DNA of 55,624 nucleotides, taken from the IMG/VR virus record IMGVR_UViG_3300049456_000112, positions 1 through 55,624 of that record, one strand, 5' to 3'. This document shows, in pieces, positions 1-9,536 of this stretch (position 1 is the stretch's first letter; each line of letters starts with the position of its first letter). Below the pieces are notes generated by a model. It was not told the origin of the DNA, did not search any database, and was given only the letters and a program-made list of their open reading frames with translations. The DNA is from a virus (Duplodnaviria; Caudoviricetes). A program made the position numbers and the translations under genes.

Positions 1-1
1 C

Positions 2-1255
2 GGCACAATCGGCGAGGCGCTCGGCAATCCCGCGAGCTACTTCGGTCCCGGCGGCCTTCCGGCGAAGGCCGTTATGGCGGCAGCCTCTGGCGCCGGCAGC
101 GAGGCCGCCGGGCAGGCCACGGAAGGCACAGGACTTGAGCCGTGGGCGCGCATTGCCGGCGGGTTGGCCGCCGGTCCACTCGCCGCGCGCGCCATGAAGC
201 CGCAGCTCGCGGCTCCGCAGCAGATGCTGGCCGATCGCGGCGTCACCCAGATGACACCGGGCCAGCTCACGGGCGGGCTCCTGAAGGATGCGGAGGACAA
301 ACTAAGTTCGCTGCCGATCCTTGGGCATTTCATCCAGAACGCGCGCGGGCGCTCGATCGAAAGCTTCAATCGGGCCGTTGCCGATCAGGCGCTGGAGCCG
401 ATCGGCCAGACGCTACCGCGTCGCACGGCAGCCGGTCATGATACGATCACAGAGGTGCATGACAGGCTGAGCGATGCCTATGATCATGTCGTCCCGTATC
501 TGCAGCTCACTCCCGATCGGCAGTGGTTTAATGATCTGCGGGATGTCTATAACCGCAATGTTCAGATGCTGCCGCAGGATCACCAGCAGCAGTTTCAGCG
601 CATCATCACCCAGGAGTTCGGCCGTCCTGGACCTCTGACCGGCGAGCAGGTCAAGGTCATCGAGAGCAATCTCAATCGTCTTGCCGGCAGATACGGCGGG
701 TCCACGGATGCCAACCAGCAGCTCCTCGGCGAGGCATTGGGGAGCACAGTGGCCGCGCTCCGCACCAACATGGAGCGGATGAACCCGGCCTTCGCGCAGG
801 AGCTGCAGCGGATTAATCAGGGCTATGCGATCTATGCCCGCATGCGCACCGCCGCAGCCAACCGAAGGGGAAGCGAAGGCGTCTTCACGCCCGGCGATTT
901 GCTGACGGCGATTAAGCGCGGCGACAAATCGGTGCAGAAGGGATCGTTCGCGCGCGGCGATGCACTGATGCAGGATTTCGCCGAGGCCGGGCAGCGCGTT
1001 CTGCCGAGCAAGGTGCCGGACTCCGGCACGGCCGGCCGATCATTGTTCAGCGCCGCCGGCCTTGGCTACCTCTCGCCGAAGACGCTCGCCGGGGTTGGCT
1101 TGGCGAGCGCGCCCTATCTCCGTCCGAGCATGGCGCTCCTCAACCGATACGTGCGGCCCACGACCGGAGTTCGCGCGGGCTATTCAAATGTGGGGCGCGG
1201 GATGGGCACGTTGCGCCCATTTCTTTCGGCGCTTCCGAATCCATATGCGCCATAG
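2..1255 (+). CDS. Virion-associated/DNA ejection (internal virion) protein, 5'-truncated at window edge
   Basis: Frame is open from position 2. Ala/Gly-rich helical protein directly upstream of the lysis cassette, the usual position of podovirus ejection proteins. Function is inferred. Confidence 0.5.
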   Translation, partial: GTIGEALGNPASYFGPGGLPAKAVMAAASGAGSEAAGQATEGTGLEPWARIAGGLAAGPLAARAMKPQLAAPQQMLADRGVTQMTPGQLTGGLLKDAEDKLSSLPILGHFIQNARGRSIESFNRAVADQALEPIGQTLPRRTAAGHDTITEVHDRLSDAYDHVVPYLQLTPDRQWFNDLRDVYNRNVQMLPQDHQQQFQRIITQEFGRPGPLTGEQVKVIESNLNRLAGRYGGSTDANQQLLGEALGSTVAALRTNMERMNPAFAQELQRINQGYAIYARMRTAAANRRGSEGVFTPGDLLTAIKRGDKSVQKGSFARGDALMQDFAEAGQRVLPSKVPDSGTAGRSLFSAAGLGYLSPKTLAGVGLASAPYLRPSMALLNRYVRPTTGVRAGYSNVGRGMGTLRPFLSALPNPYAP

Positions 1256-1307
1256 CGTGACAGCGGCGAAGATTTGAACTATTGGTCATCTCATGATGAG
1301 GTGACCG

Positions 1308-2006
1308 ATGTCCGATCTCGCTGCGCTCAAGATTGCGAATGCGGCGCGGTATAGCAGGGCGAAGCTGCTGCGCAACTTCACTTCGATCGCTCGCCATCTG
1401 GTGGAGCCCGGAGCGAAGGCTCGATATCAAACTGTCTCGGCGAGAACCTCGGTTCCATGGTGGTTCATCGCCGTGGTCCACGAGCGCGAAAGCTCGCAGA
1501 GCTGGAAGGGCTCGCTCGCGCAGGGCGATCCTTGGGACAAGGTCTCGATCCACGTCCCTGCCAATCGCGGCCCGTTCAAATCGTGGGAAGACGCCGCCGT
1601 CGACGCGCTCATGTCCTGCCCGCCGTTCGCCGGACGCAATCGTGACTGGTCGATCGGCGGCGCGCTCACGATGCTCGAACAATACAACGGCCTCGGCTAC
1701 TTCGCGCGCGGCATCCCGTCGCCGTATATCTGGGCCGGCACCGATCAATACAGCAAGGGCAAGTTCGTCCGCGACGGCGTCTTCGATGCGAACGCCGTTG
1801 ACAATCAGCTCGGCTGCGCCGGCCTCCTCTCCGCGATGCAGACGCTCGATGCGGGCATCTTGCTCTCGTCCGAGGCGGCCGTCCCGCCGCCGGCCCCGGC
1901 GAAGCCCGCATCGCCCTCGATCACGCAGCCGGCCCCGGGCTCGATCGGTGCAGCCATCGCCGCCAGCATTGCGGCCATCCTCTCCATCTTTAGGAGGAAG
2001 TCATGA
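1308..2006 (+). CDS. Endolysin, lysozyme-like (COG5526-type)
   Basis: Motifs VPWWFIAVVHERES, LAQGDPW, GPFKSWEDAAVDAL, LEQYNGLGY, PSPYIWAGT..Y..GKFVRDG..D....D.QLG; SD GAGGTG; followed by membrane proteins. Confidence 0.85.
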   Translation: MSDLAALKIANAARYSRAKLLRNFTSIARHLVEPGAKARYQTVSARTSVPWWFIAVVHERESSQSWKGSLAQGDPWDKVSIHVPANRGPFKSWEDAAVDALMSCPPFAGRNRDWSIGGALTMLEQYNGLGYFARGIPSPYIWAGTDQYSKGKFVRDGVFDANAVDNQLGCAGLLSAMQTLDAGILLSSEAAVPPPAPAKPASPSITQPAPGSIGAAIAASIAAILSIFRRKS

Positions 2007-2359
2007 AATTCGTTTTCCTTATTTTGCCCGGCCTCGCCTGTCTCTATTTCTTCGTCATGAGACCGGCGCTCGCGGCGATGCCGCAGTTCAAGAAGTTCTA
2101 CAGCGAAGCGGACGGCTTCTGGATGAAGGTATGGGCCGTCTGCGGCAAGTCCGCGACCATGGCATGGTCCTACATCCTGGCCGGCATCGGGATGGCGGTG
2201 CAGCTCATCGATCCCGTGGCATCCGCGCTCGGCGATCCCGACCTGCATAATCAGGTCACCAACGCGCTCGCCTCCGATCCGAAGATTCTCGGCTATTTCG
2301 CGATCTTCGTCTCCGTGGTGACCATCGCCTCGCGGCTGCGCACGATCACTAAGGCCTAA
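2003..2359 (+). CDS. Membrane protein of lysis cassette (holin-like)
   Basis: About 3 hydrophobic segments; SD AGGAGG; ATGA overlap with endolysin. Confidence 0.55.
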   Translation: MKFVFLILPGLACLYFFVMRPALAAMPQFKKFYSEADGFWMKVWAVCGKSATMAWSYILAGIGMAVQLIDPVASALGDPDLHNQVTNALASDPKILGYFAIFVSVVTIASRLRTITKA

Positions 2360-2362
2360 CCG

Positions 2363-2761
2363 ATGTGGATGACGATCATCAGCTTCCTCGGCGGCCCCGT
2401 GATCAAGGGGCTCATCGACGCCTATCAGGCCAAGCTCGCCGCCGGCAATACGTCGGAGAAGATCGCATCCGATTTGGCAAGCTCGGAGATCGCGGCGCAG
2501 ACCGCCGAGACACAGGCGATCACGCAATATCGCATCGCTGAAATCGGCCACCCATGGGAACCAGATAAGCTGATGGGCTATTGCGTTGTTGCCTACCTCG
2601 CAAAGCTCCTGGTCTGGGACAAGGTTCTCGGGCTCGGAACCACGGACGGTCTCTGCAGAGTCGGCGACAACTGCTGGGCTGGATGGGTCGCTAACACCAT
2701 TGTCACGGCCTACTTCGTGAAACGTGGGTTTGAAAACGTGGCGCGGATAATTAAGCGGTGA
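2363..2761 (+). CDS. Holin-like membrane protein
   Basis: N-terminal amphipathic segment, two C-terminal hydrophobic segments, basic C-terminus; lysis context. Confidence 0.5.
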   Translation: MWMTIISFLGGPVIKGLIDAYQAKLAAGNTSEKIASDLASSEIAAQTAETQAITQYRIAEIGHPWEPDKLMGYCVVAYLAKLLVWDKVLGLGTTDGLCRVGDNCWAGWVANTIVTAYFVKRGFENVARIIKR

Positions 2762-2997
2762 GTATTGGGGATGTCGCCAATCTCCTTACCGCCATCGGAA
2801 CCCTGATTGCGGCGGGAGCATCAATCATCGGGGTTCTGATGGCATTCCGCAATTCGCAAAAGATTGAAGAGGTTCATGTCGCCACCAATGGCATGAAGGC
2901 CGAGCTGGTCAGGGTGACCGGCGATGCCAAATACGCGGAAGGGCGCGAGCAAGGCGAGAATTACCCGCGCGTGCGCGATCGGAGCCAAGATGAATGA
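2758..2997 (+). CDS. Small single-TM protein (lysis region)
   Basis: N-terminal TM helix followed by EEVHVATNGM; GTGA overlap. Confidence 0.55.
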   Translation: MSIGDVANLLTAIGTLIAAGASIIGVLMAFRNSQKIEEVHVATNGMKAELVRVTGDAKYAEGREQGENYPRVRDRSQDE

Positions 2998-3364
2998 GGA
3001 TTCCGTCTCGCGCGCACTCGGCGAGTTGCAGGGCACGGTGCGCAGCATGGCGGACCAATGGCGGCGTCAGGACGAGATCGCCAATGCCGGGCGCCTCGCC
3101 CTCTATGAGCGCTTCGAAAGCCTTTCCATGCAGATGTTGCGGATGTCGGGCGCGCTCGACGCGGTGACCCAGGACGTCGCGGAGCTGCGCAACGATGTTA
3201 ACAACGAAATTAAGCCGGCGATCGATTCCTATCGGCTAGAAGCCGCGCGCCGGCTCGGTGTGCTCTGGGCCGGCCGCACCATGTGGACCTTCATGGTTGG
3301 GATTGCCGGCGCGGTTGGCTTCGCGGCGCACGAGATGGTGCAGTTCTTCACCAGGAAGCCATGA
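2990..3364 (+). CDS. Coiled-coil protein with C-terminal TM (DUF1515-like, lysis region)
   Basis: Start ATG 2990 after GGAG; RALGELQG coiled coil plus C-terminal hydrophobic helix. Confidence 0.55.
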   Translation: MNEDSVSRALGELQGTVRSMADQWRRQDEIANAGRLALYERFESLSMQMLRMSGALDAVTQDVAELRNDVNNEIKPAIDSYRLEAARRLGVLWAGRTMWTFMVGIAGAVGFAAHEMVQFFTRKP

Positions 3365-3397
3365 AGACCCCCGCGCCGAAGCGCGGGGGTCTTTGTT
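3364..3397 (+). terminator. Intrinsic terminator between convergent genes
   Basis: AAGACCCCCGCGC-CGAA-GCGCGGGGGTCTT, 13-bp perfect stem followed by TGTT. Confidence 0.85.
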
Positions 3398-3668
3398 ATC
3401 GCCCGGGTTTGCCGATCTTCTTGTTGAACCTCCGGCGATACGCCTCCGGGTCTTCCTGGCCATCGCGATCAACGAAACGTTCGTAGTTGGGGCAATCCAG
3501 GATGTCCGAATATTCCGCGACGTCGGAACGGAACCTGACGACGTAATATTCATCCGCCATGGACTTCGCGATAATGGTCGCCGGTCCTTCGATCATCAAG
3601 CCCTTGGCCGGGGACATCTGAAAGATCGTTACGATGTCGCCAAGGTCAAAGCTATGCACGATGGGCAT
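3396..3668 (-). CDS. Hypothetical protein
   Basis: ORF track 3396..3863; start moved to ATG after GGAG SD (MPIVHSFDLGD). Confidence 0.55.
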   Translation of the reverse strand: MPIVHSFDLGDIVTIFQMSPAKGLMIEGPATIIAKSMADEYYVVRFRSDVAEYSDILDCPNYERFVDRDGQEDPEAYRRRFNKKIGKPGR

Positions 3669-3903
3669 TGTCATCTCCACATTGTCAAAGAGCCCGCGCT
3701 TCCTGAGCGCGTGGGTGGAGTATAGCAAATCGACTTTCGCCAAATTCGCGATTTGATCCGTTCTCGCTGTGTGATGTTGCTGCGGCGCAGGGTTAACTTT
3801 GATTTTTAAAAACCGCTTGACGCGGGAAACATCGCGCTGCCGCGTGCAGATCAGCCACGTCACATTCGAGAAGCGACTGCGGCTCTAGGGTAATATTTCG
3901 TGA

Positions 3904-4248
3904 TCAGTGCTGCGTTGGCGGCTTCGGCTTATCGCCGCCGATTTCGATCTTGGCAACGTGGATCGCAACCTTCTCATGAAGAAGCGCGGAATTGAACTCC
4001 AGCGCCTTACGATAGGCATCGTGCAGTTCATCCCATGCGGCATAGGACCGCTTGAGCGCCCTAATGTGAATGAGCGTGGCCAGGGATGAACCGAAGACGA
4101 CGGCAGGAATGACGAACGTCGGCTTCTCTGTGCTGATGAAAATCGTGGCGCCACTCCAGATCAGGAGAAGCAGGTGTCCCCAATGCAGGGACCGCCATGA
4201 CGGAGGCCGAACCAATCTTGCCAGCAGGCTGCGCAGGGTCATAGCCAC
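3904..4248 (-). CDS. Hypothetical 2-TM protein
   Basis: Two hydrophobic segments; overlaps upstream gene, operon-like. Confidence 0.55.
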   Translation of the reverse strand: MAMTLRSLLARLVRPPSWRSLHWGHLLLLIWSGATIFISTEKPTFVIPAVVFGSSLATLIHIRALKRSYAAWDELHDAYRKALEFNSALLHEKVAIHVAKIEIGGDKPKPPTQH

Positions 4249-4448
4249 GTCTCCATGATCACGGGATCGTCGCTCGGGTGCCGATGGAGCTTCGTGAGGC
4301 CGCGCGCCATGAGGACCGCGCGCAGGCTCCCGATGTCCTCGGAATAGAGGTAATCTTCGGTCGGCTGATCGAGCACGAACCGCCGTGCCACGAAGCGATC
4401 CGGGAAATCGCTCGGGTGATCATAGACGGTCCAGATCGAGAGCGTCAT
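4239..4448 (-). CDS. Hypothetical phage protein
   Basis: WTVYDHPSDFP..FVARRF...DDPVIMETWL; coupled start/stop. Confidence 0.65.
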   Translation of the reverse strand: MTLSIWTVYDHPSDFPDRFVARRFVLDQPTEDYLYSEDIGSLRAVLMARGLTKLHRHPSDDPVIMETWL

Positions 4449-5116
4449 GCAAGCTGCCTATTGGCGATGCTCAGAAGATGCTCTTCATCGTATTGGAGGC
4501 AGAGCTTCTGCGCGAGGTGGTGATCAAAGAGCGGGATATCGCTGCGGCAATGCACGCAGAGCCGGTGCGATACCTTGCTACCGTTGAGCACATCGATGTT
4601 GCCGGCGTAGGTATTGGTCCTGATGCGATAGGACTGCTTAGTCTTGCCGCCGACGACCACAAACCATCCATTCTTTTCGAAGGTCGCGCGCTGCGCCGCC
4701 GTGAGGTGTTCAAGGAGCAGCTCTTTTGATCTGGCGAGCGCTGCCACTTGGATCGCATGGCGCCGCCGGCTCTCCTCCGCGCGCTGATTCTCTGCCGCCG
4801 CCTGCGCGGCGCGCTCTTGCTCGGTGCGCTCTCGATAGTAAGCGACCCGGTTATGTGCGAGCGCGAGATATTGTTGATGATCCACCCAAACCCCCTGCTG
4901 AAAATATGCCGTCTGCGCGGCGTTTGTCGCTATCTGAATCGTTGTGCATGTCTGTGTCTGGCAGGTGACCCATGCTTGGGCCTGTGCACTTGCCGTCGTC
5001 GCCGACGTCGATCCCAATCCCGTTGCCCCGATCCATGTCAGGATCGGGGCCGGGCCCATGGTTTGGGTTTGGCTGGTCCAGCCGGCTTGTGTGATCGAAC
5101 TGCCGAAGAGCGGCAT
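4445..5116 (-). CDS. Hypothetical protein (Thr-rich N-terminus, Cys/His C-terminal domain)
   Basis: Coupled to 5116..5367; C-terminal LCVHC..DIPLFDHHLAQKL. Confidence 0.65.
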   Translation of the reverse strand: MPLFGSSITQAGWTSQTQTMGPAPILTWIGATGLGSTSATTASAQAQAWVTCQTQTCTTIQIATNAAQTAYFQQGVWVDHQQYLALAHNRVAYYRERTEQERAAQAAAENQRAEESRRRHAIQVAALARSKELLLEHLTAAQRATFEKNGWFVVVGGKTKQSYRIRTNTYAGNIDVLNGSKVSHRLCVHCRSDIPLFDHHLAQKLCLQYDEEHLLSIANRQLA

Positions 5117-5367
5117 CAGCCACCTTGTCGATGCGGGACCATCATCAGCTTGCCGGCGGCGGGATTGAACTCACGGACGAGATCGCCCTTCTCCTCGACG
5201 ACTATGCCGTTTTCAGAAACGACGTCCATTTGGAATGCCGCGAAGCCCGAGCTGCGCAGCCGGTTAAACTCGCGGCGCGCGTCCGCAACCGATTCCGCGT
5301 TTGTCGGGTCCCAGGTCACCGTGGTGTGCCCGCTGCTATCCATAATATCCATCACATGCTGGTTCAT
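5116..5367 (-). CDS. Small protein ending in Gly-Gly
   Basis: 83 aa, SD AGGAGGAG, C-terminus MVPHRQGG. Confidence 0.7.
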   Translation of the reverse strand: MNQHVMDIMDSSGHTTVTWDPTNAESVADARREFNRLRSSGFAAFQMDVVSENGIVVEEKGDLVREFNPAAGKLMMVPHRQGG

Positions 5368-5606
5368 CGCTCTTGCTCCTCCTTCTTGCGTGGTACTCTT
5401 GTAAATCCGACCGTCAACGCCGGCACCGCCGGATTGCTGGTCTTGCCATCATCAAGATCGTGGCTTGCGATATGCTCACTTACGATCCTGATGCCGTTAC
5501 TTGTTTCATCCGGATAGATGCCGGCGACGAACCGGCCGCTATTGTCGTACACGGAAACGATGCGACGGCCGCTCGCCGAATGGAATGCCATCTTCAGAAC
5601 GGTCAC
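5364..5606 (-). CDS. Hypothetical protein
   Basis: GTG start with AGGAG SD; ATGA overlap with next gene. Confidence 0.55.
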   Translation of the reverse strand: MTVLKMAFHSASGRRIVSVYDNSGRFVAGIYPDETSNGIRIVSEHIASHDLDDGKTSNPAVPALTVGFTRVPRKKEEQER

Positions 5607-5684
5607 GGTCTTGCTCCTGGCGTTGAGGCGTTGACAGGCGTCTAAATTCCTAAGGCCGCAACCTCGCGGCCAGGAGCAAGCTGT

Positions 5685-6113
5685 TTAGGCATTGCTCGCG
5701 GCGGCGACGCCTTCGATCAGGCTAACGAACAGCCGCCGCACGTTGAGGTCATTCACTGACGTGTAAGCCTTCAGCAGGCGCATGCTGAAATGGGCGTCCA
5801 TGGCGAGCAGGGTCTCGACCTCGCGCGACTTGCCATTGCTCTTGTAAAAGAACGTCTCATCGACGCCGAGCGCGGCGGCGATCTGTTGCAGCCGCGCCGC
5901 ACCGACGCGGTTGGTGCCTTTCTCATATTTCTGCACCTGTTGGAACGAGACGCCGAGCTTCTTGCCGAGGTCCTCTTGCGATACCCCAGTTTCGATGCGG
6001 CGAAGCTTGATGCGGTTTCCAAGCTCGGTATCAAACTGCGTGACCCTGCGCGGGTGCGCAGTCGGGACTGCTGTCGGCGGCAGTGTCCGCTTTAGTGCAC
6101 TCTTTCGTGGCAT
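5685..6113 (-). CDS. XRE-family HTH regulator
   Basis: LGNRIKLRR...SQEDLGKKLGVSFQQVQKYEKGTNRVGAARL, the classic alphaproteobacterial XRE motif. Confidence 0.9.
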   Translation of the reverse strand: MPRKSALKRTLPPTAVPTAHPRRVTQFDTELGNRIKLRRIETGVSQEDLGKKLGVSFQQVQKYEKGTNRVGAARLQQIAAALGVDETFFYKSNGKSREVETLLAMDAHFSMRLLKAYTSVNDLNVRRLFVSLIEGVAAASNA

Positions 6114-6116
6114 ATG

Positions 6117-6515
6117 TTATCCTCTATGAGATTTTGATGATGATTTACGCTCGCGCTTCTTTGCGAGCATTGTGTAATACGCCCGGCGCTGCTCGCGAGC
6201 CCTCGGGATTTCCTTGTCAAAATTAACATCGTGGTCAGGAACCAAATCGTATTTGTAGCCCAATGCGCCGGCCATCTTGCCGAAGGTGGTGTGCTGCGGG
6301 CGACGCGTCTTGCCCCCGAACATGTTTTTAACGGTCGAGCCGGCAAGCCCGGCCAGAACGGCGAGATCGGCCTCCTTGATTCGGCTGCCTTGGAAGATGG
6401 TACGGAAACGGTCGACCTCCGGGTCCTTTTCGACATTGTTGTAACTTCGATGTAACCAGAGCGAGCCGCCTGAGTTATGTCCCACGCGACCGTGCCCGTT
6501 TGCCTTCCTAGCCAT
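6117..6515 (-). CDS. XRE/Cro-like HTH protein
   Basis: ADLAVLAGLAGSTVKNMFGGKTRRPQHTT..KMAGALG. Confidence 0.7.
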   Translation of the reverse strand: MARKANGHGRVGHNSGGSLWLHRSYNNVEKDPEVDRFRTIFQGSRIKEADLAVLAGLAGSTVKNMFGGKTRRPQHTTFGKMAGALGYKYDLVPDHDVNFDKEIPRAREQRRAYYTMLAKKRERKSSSKSHRG

Positions 6516-7218
6516 CGTCCGTTTCCTTGTTCTCTGCCTGTTGCTCTATAAGTTTCGCCGCTTCCTTCTTTGCCTTGATGAGCACGCGGTGCCGGCCTTC
6601 GCCGAGCGGGCTGACCAATTTTTCATGGGCAAACTTGGTCAGCAGGGCGCTGACCGAATTTCTCGGGCGCCCATGCTGCTCAAACAGTTCCGTCAGCGCG
6701 TTGACGCTGAACTCATCCTCCGTGCCGATCCTTCTCAGGATGAGATCGCGGTTCGATATGTCGTATCGTGGCGTTTTGCCCTTCTTCCGCGTCTTCGGGG
6801 GTTTGGCGGCCGGCGCCGGCAATGGCGCCTTGGCCGGCGCCGGGAGAGCCTTGATGCCGCCGAGCTGGTAGCTCTTGGGCCCGAGCTTGCTTAGCGTCCC
6901 GTTCTCGGTGAGCGCCTTCGCGGTCGTGTATGCCGTGGTATTGCTGCGGCCGTTCGCCTCGAAATGCTTTGCCAACTCCAGGATTTCAAATTTTGGATGA
7001 TCCTTGATCCAGGTCATCGCGAAATCGAGGCCGCTCACTTCATGCTTTTTGCCGTTGTTTTGCTTATAGACCGGGATGTTGGTAATCAGCTCATAGCCGA
7101 CATTTTCCGCACCCATGAGAATTAGCGCCTTGAGGAGATGCCCGACGCCGTCGATGTTCGTGTCTCCATGGATGCGGAACGTGTCCCATGTCTGCGATGC
7201 CTTTGGAAGTTTTGCCAT
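6508..7218 (-). CDS. Hypothetical protein with two winged-helix-like repeats
   Basis: Two similar blocks (ELAKHFEANGRS..AY..L / ALTELFEQHGRP..SVSALL) joined by a Pro/Ala/Lys linker. Confidence 0.55.
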   Translation of the reverse strand: MAKLPKASQTWDTFRIHGDTNIDGVGHLLKALILMGAENVGYELITNIPVYKQNNGKKHEVSGLDFAMTWIKDHPKFEILELAKHFEANGRSNTTAYTTAKALTENGTLSKLGPKSYQLGGIKALPAPAKAPLPAPAAKPPKTRKKGKTPRYDISNRDLILRRIGTEDEFSVNALTELFEQHGRPRNSVSALLTKFAHEKLVSPLGEGRHRVLIKAKKEAAKLIEQQAENKETDDG

Positions 7219-7572
7219 AAACTTCGCTCCTGCTTTGCTTTGCGTTGATTGGTGACCGTACCTCCGGCACGTTCAGGCCGGGCTGGTCAATATGGCTTGT
7301 GCAAAATTTGACAGTTATTTTGTCATTGACATTAATGCCGAAGGGGTGCTCGCAAATGCGAACGCGGACCGTGGGGGCTCGGCGCAACTTAAGCATGATT
7401 ACAAACTAAGGGTGTGAGTGTCCAATACGAGACTCTAATAAGTGGTTCAAAAATCATACGTCTACTTCCGGATGTTTTCAAGCTCAGCTATCATATCCAG
7501 CGCGGGCCAAGGTGTAAAATGTTAATTTTGCACGCGCAAAGTGCCTTTAACCTTTGAGTGTCAAGCGCCGAC

Positions 7573-8229
7573 ATGCCACTTTTCGACGCCTCCCCATTTT
7601 TAGCAATGGTCTCCGAAGGCAAGGTCACCTCTGACTTTCGCGCCAGCGAGACCGTCTTCCGCCAGGGCGCTCGCGCCGACATGGTGCATTATCTCGTCTC
7701 TGGCAGCATTAAGGAGGTTGTGGCCTCCGGCGGCGCCAGACGCGAGGCCATCATCGGCCTGCTGGAGGCCGGTGATTTCTTCGGGACCGATGGGCTCTAT
7801 GGCGGCGACGTGCTGTCGTGCAGCGCGATAGCCCTGCGGCCGAGCCGGGTGGTCAGTCTTACTAATCACTCCATGGTGGTGGCGCTGCGCGATCCGGGGT
7901 TCTCCAGGCTCTTCGTCGGCTATCTGCTGGAGCGCAATAGCCGCATCGAGGCCGAGAAGATCGATCTCCTGTTCAACAGCACCGAGAAGCGTCTGGCCCA
8001 GCGACTGCTCTCCCTGGCCCATTTCGAAGCTGGCACCGGGGCGTCGCTCGTGATCGGGCCGGAGATCACCCAGGAGGTGCTTGCCAACATGGTCGGCACC
8101 ACGCGGCCGAGGGTCAATTACTTCATGACCAGATTTAGGGACCTTGGCCTGATCCGGTACAAGCCGAACGACTCGATCGAGATCACGGCGCGCCTGCAGC
8201 GCGTCGTCTTACGGGAGGACAAGGAATGA
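7573..8229 (+). CDS. Crp/Fnr family transcriptional regulator
   Basis: cNMP-binding-like N-terminus (VFRQG..AD..YLVSG.I...GDFFG), FNSTEKRLA..LL.LA, HTH ITQEVLANMVGTTRPRVNYFM..FR.LGLI. Confidence 0.9.
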   Translation: MPLFDASPFLAMVSEGKVTSDFRASETVFRQGARADMVHYLVSGSIKEVVASGGARREAIIGLLEAGDFFGTDGLYGGDVLSCSAIALRPSRVVSLTNHSMVVALRDPGFSRLFVGYLLERNSRIEAEKIDLLFNSTEKRLAQRLLSLAHFEAGTGASLVIGPEITQEVLANMVGTTRPRVNYFMTRFRDLGLIRYKPNDSIEITARLQRVVLREDKE

Positions 8230-8495
8230 CGCGTCAAAAACATGAAGATGCGATGGAGCTGATGAGACAGCTTTCAAAGCTTTTGCATGGGCGGGACACT
8301 GATCTCCAAGCCGTTGTGCTGGCCGATCTCGTCGCGCTGTGGCTGGTCGGGCACCATCCATCGCTGCGGGATGAATCGAAAGGACTTTGGCTCGATCTCT
8401 TGGACGACCTTGTTCCGATCGTTGAGGAAGCGGTCTTGGCGCAGGCTGGGGTCACGAGCTGGGATGACCTGCCGGACGGACCAAGCAGGCATTAA
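8226..8495 (+). CDS. Hypothetical protein
   Basis: ATGA-coupled to Crp/Fnr gene. Confidence 0.6.
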   Translation: MTRQKHEDAMELMRQLSKLLHGRDTDLQAVVLADLVALWLVGHHPSLRDESKGLWLDLLDDLVPIVEEAVLAQAGVTSWDDLPDGPSRH

Positions 8496-8530
8496 AAGGC
8501 CCCGCCGGGCGCGAGTCCGGCGGGGCCTCT
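8494..8530. terminator. Intrinsic terminator between convergent genes
   Basis: AAAAGGCCCCGCCGGGC-GCGA-GTCCGGCGGGGCCT stem-loop; A-tract gives a U-tail on the minus strand. Confidence 0.75.
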
Positions 8531-8562
8531 GAGAGCATGCGCGGAGGATTTTGCTGGGGGTA

Positions 8563-8979
8563 TCAGCTCCTCGCGGCGATGCTCTCAATGCGGCCGGCCA
8601 TCTCGCTATTGGAGATCGCGCCGCCGCAATCGCAGGAAAACTCGTGCAGCTCATCCTTGCTCAGTTCGAAGAAGCGCTTGGCCTCCAAGGCCGAGACACA
8701 CCGGCCCTGGATATCCTGCCTAAGCCCGGCCTTCTGCAGCGCCGGGTCCATGCCGGCGAGATCAAATGCCGAGCGGGGATCGTAGGTGGCAGCGAGCTGT
8801 CCGTCCGTCATGTATTCGAGATTGTGGAAGATGACGAAATGGTTGGGCTTGCTAAATAAACCAAACCTCGGGATTTCCCGACGAATGATCGCCCCGAAGC
8901 GGACCAGCTTCTCATGCTTGGACATGCGGGGCGGCGGCAGCGGGATCGGGGACGGCGATGGCTTCAACTTCGGCGGCAT
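8563..8979 (-). CDS. Hypothetical protein
   Basis: ORF track; plausible protein ending at the terminator. Confidence 0.55.
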   Translation of the reverse strand: MPPKLKPSPSPIPLPPPRMSKHEKLVRFGAIIRREIPRFGLFSKPNHFVIFHNLEYMTDGQLAATYDPRSAFDLAGMDPALQKAGLRQDIQGRCVSALEAKRFFELSKDELHEFSCDCGGAISNSEMAGRIESIAARS

Positions 8980-9087
8980 TCAACATCTGATTCATGCAGG
9001 TCTCCCGTTTGCAAAAGCAGTGCTTGCAACATCAGGCTGTTAAATTTTACTGTCAACCGGGGGTAGATGGATTATTGGTGTCTACTT

Positions 9088-9390
9088 TTAGACATGCCAT
9101 GCGCAGATGAGAGCCCATTCCGCAATGGCGGCCAGAGGCACGTCTAATTTTGGACATCGACAGATTTTTTTTAATCGCTGGCCGTTCAAGGCGATTAGCA
9201 CGCTGTGGGGGATATCGAGCGCCGAGGCCAGTGCGCGCAGGTTCTTCGGCAGAATGAACTGCTCCTTGTCCCATTGGTAGATGCGACTGCGCGAAACATT
9301 GCAGCGCTTCGCCACGCTTTCGGCGTTAAGTCCCAGTCGTTCCCGCTCAGCTTTAAGTGTCTTGCCGATATGCCGCTCTGGGTGTCGCAA
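9088..9390 (-). CDS. XRE-family HTH regulator (repressor candidate)
   Basis: IGKTLKAERERLGLNAESVAKRCNVSRSRIYQWD....P..L..LASALDIP. Confidence 0.75.
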   Translation of the reverse strand: MRHPERHIGKTLKAERERLGLNAESVAKRCNVSRSRIYQWDKEQFILPKNLRALASALDIPHSVLIALNGQRLKKICRCPKLDVPLAAIAEWALICAWHV

Positions 9391-9536
9391 TGTCCCTGCT
9401 CCCCGATAGGATTTGGTGCAGATGGTGCTATTGCACGGTCCCGAGCTTCTCCTCGGCCTTTATGCGGGACCCCTCCATCGCCATGACGACGATAGAGGGA
9501 TGCCAGCCGTGCAATCAAGATGTTTTGTTTTGGACA

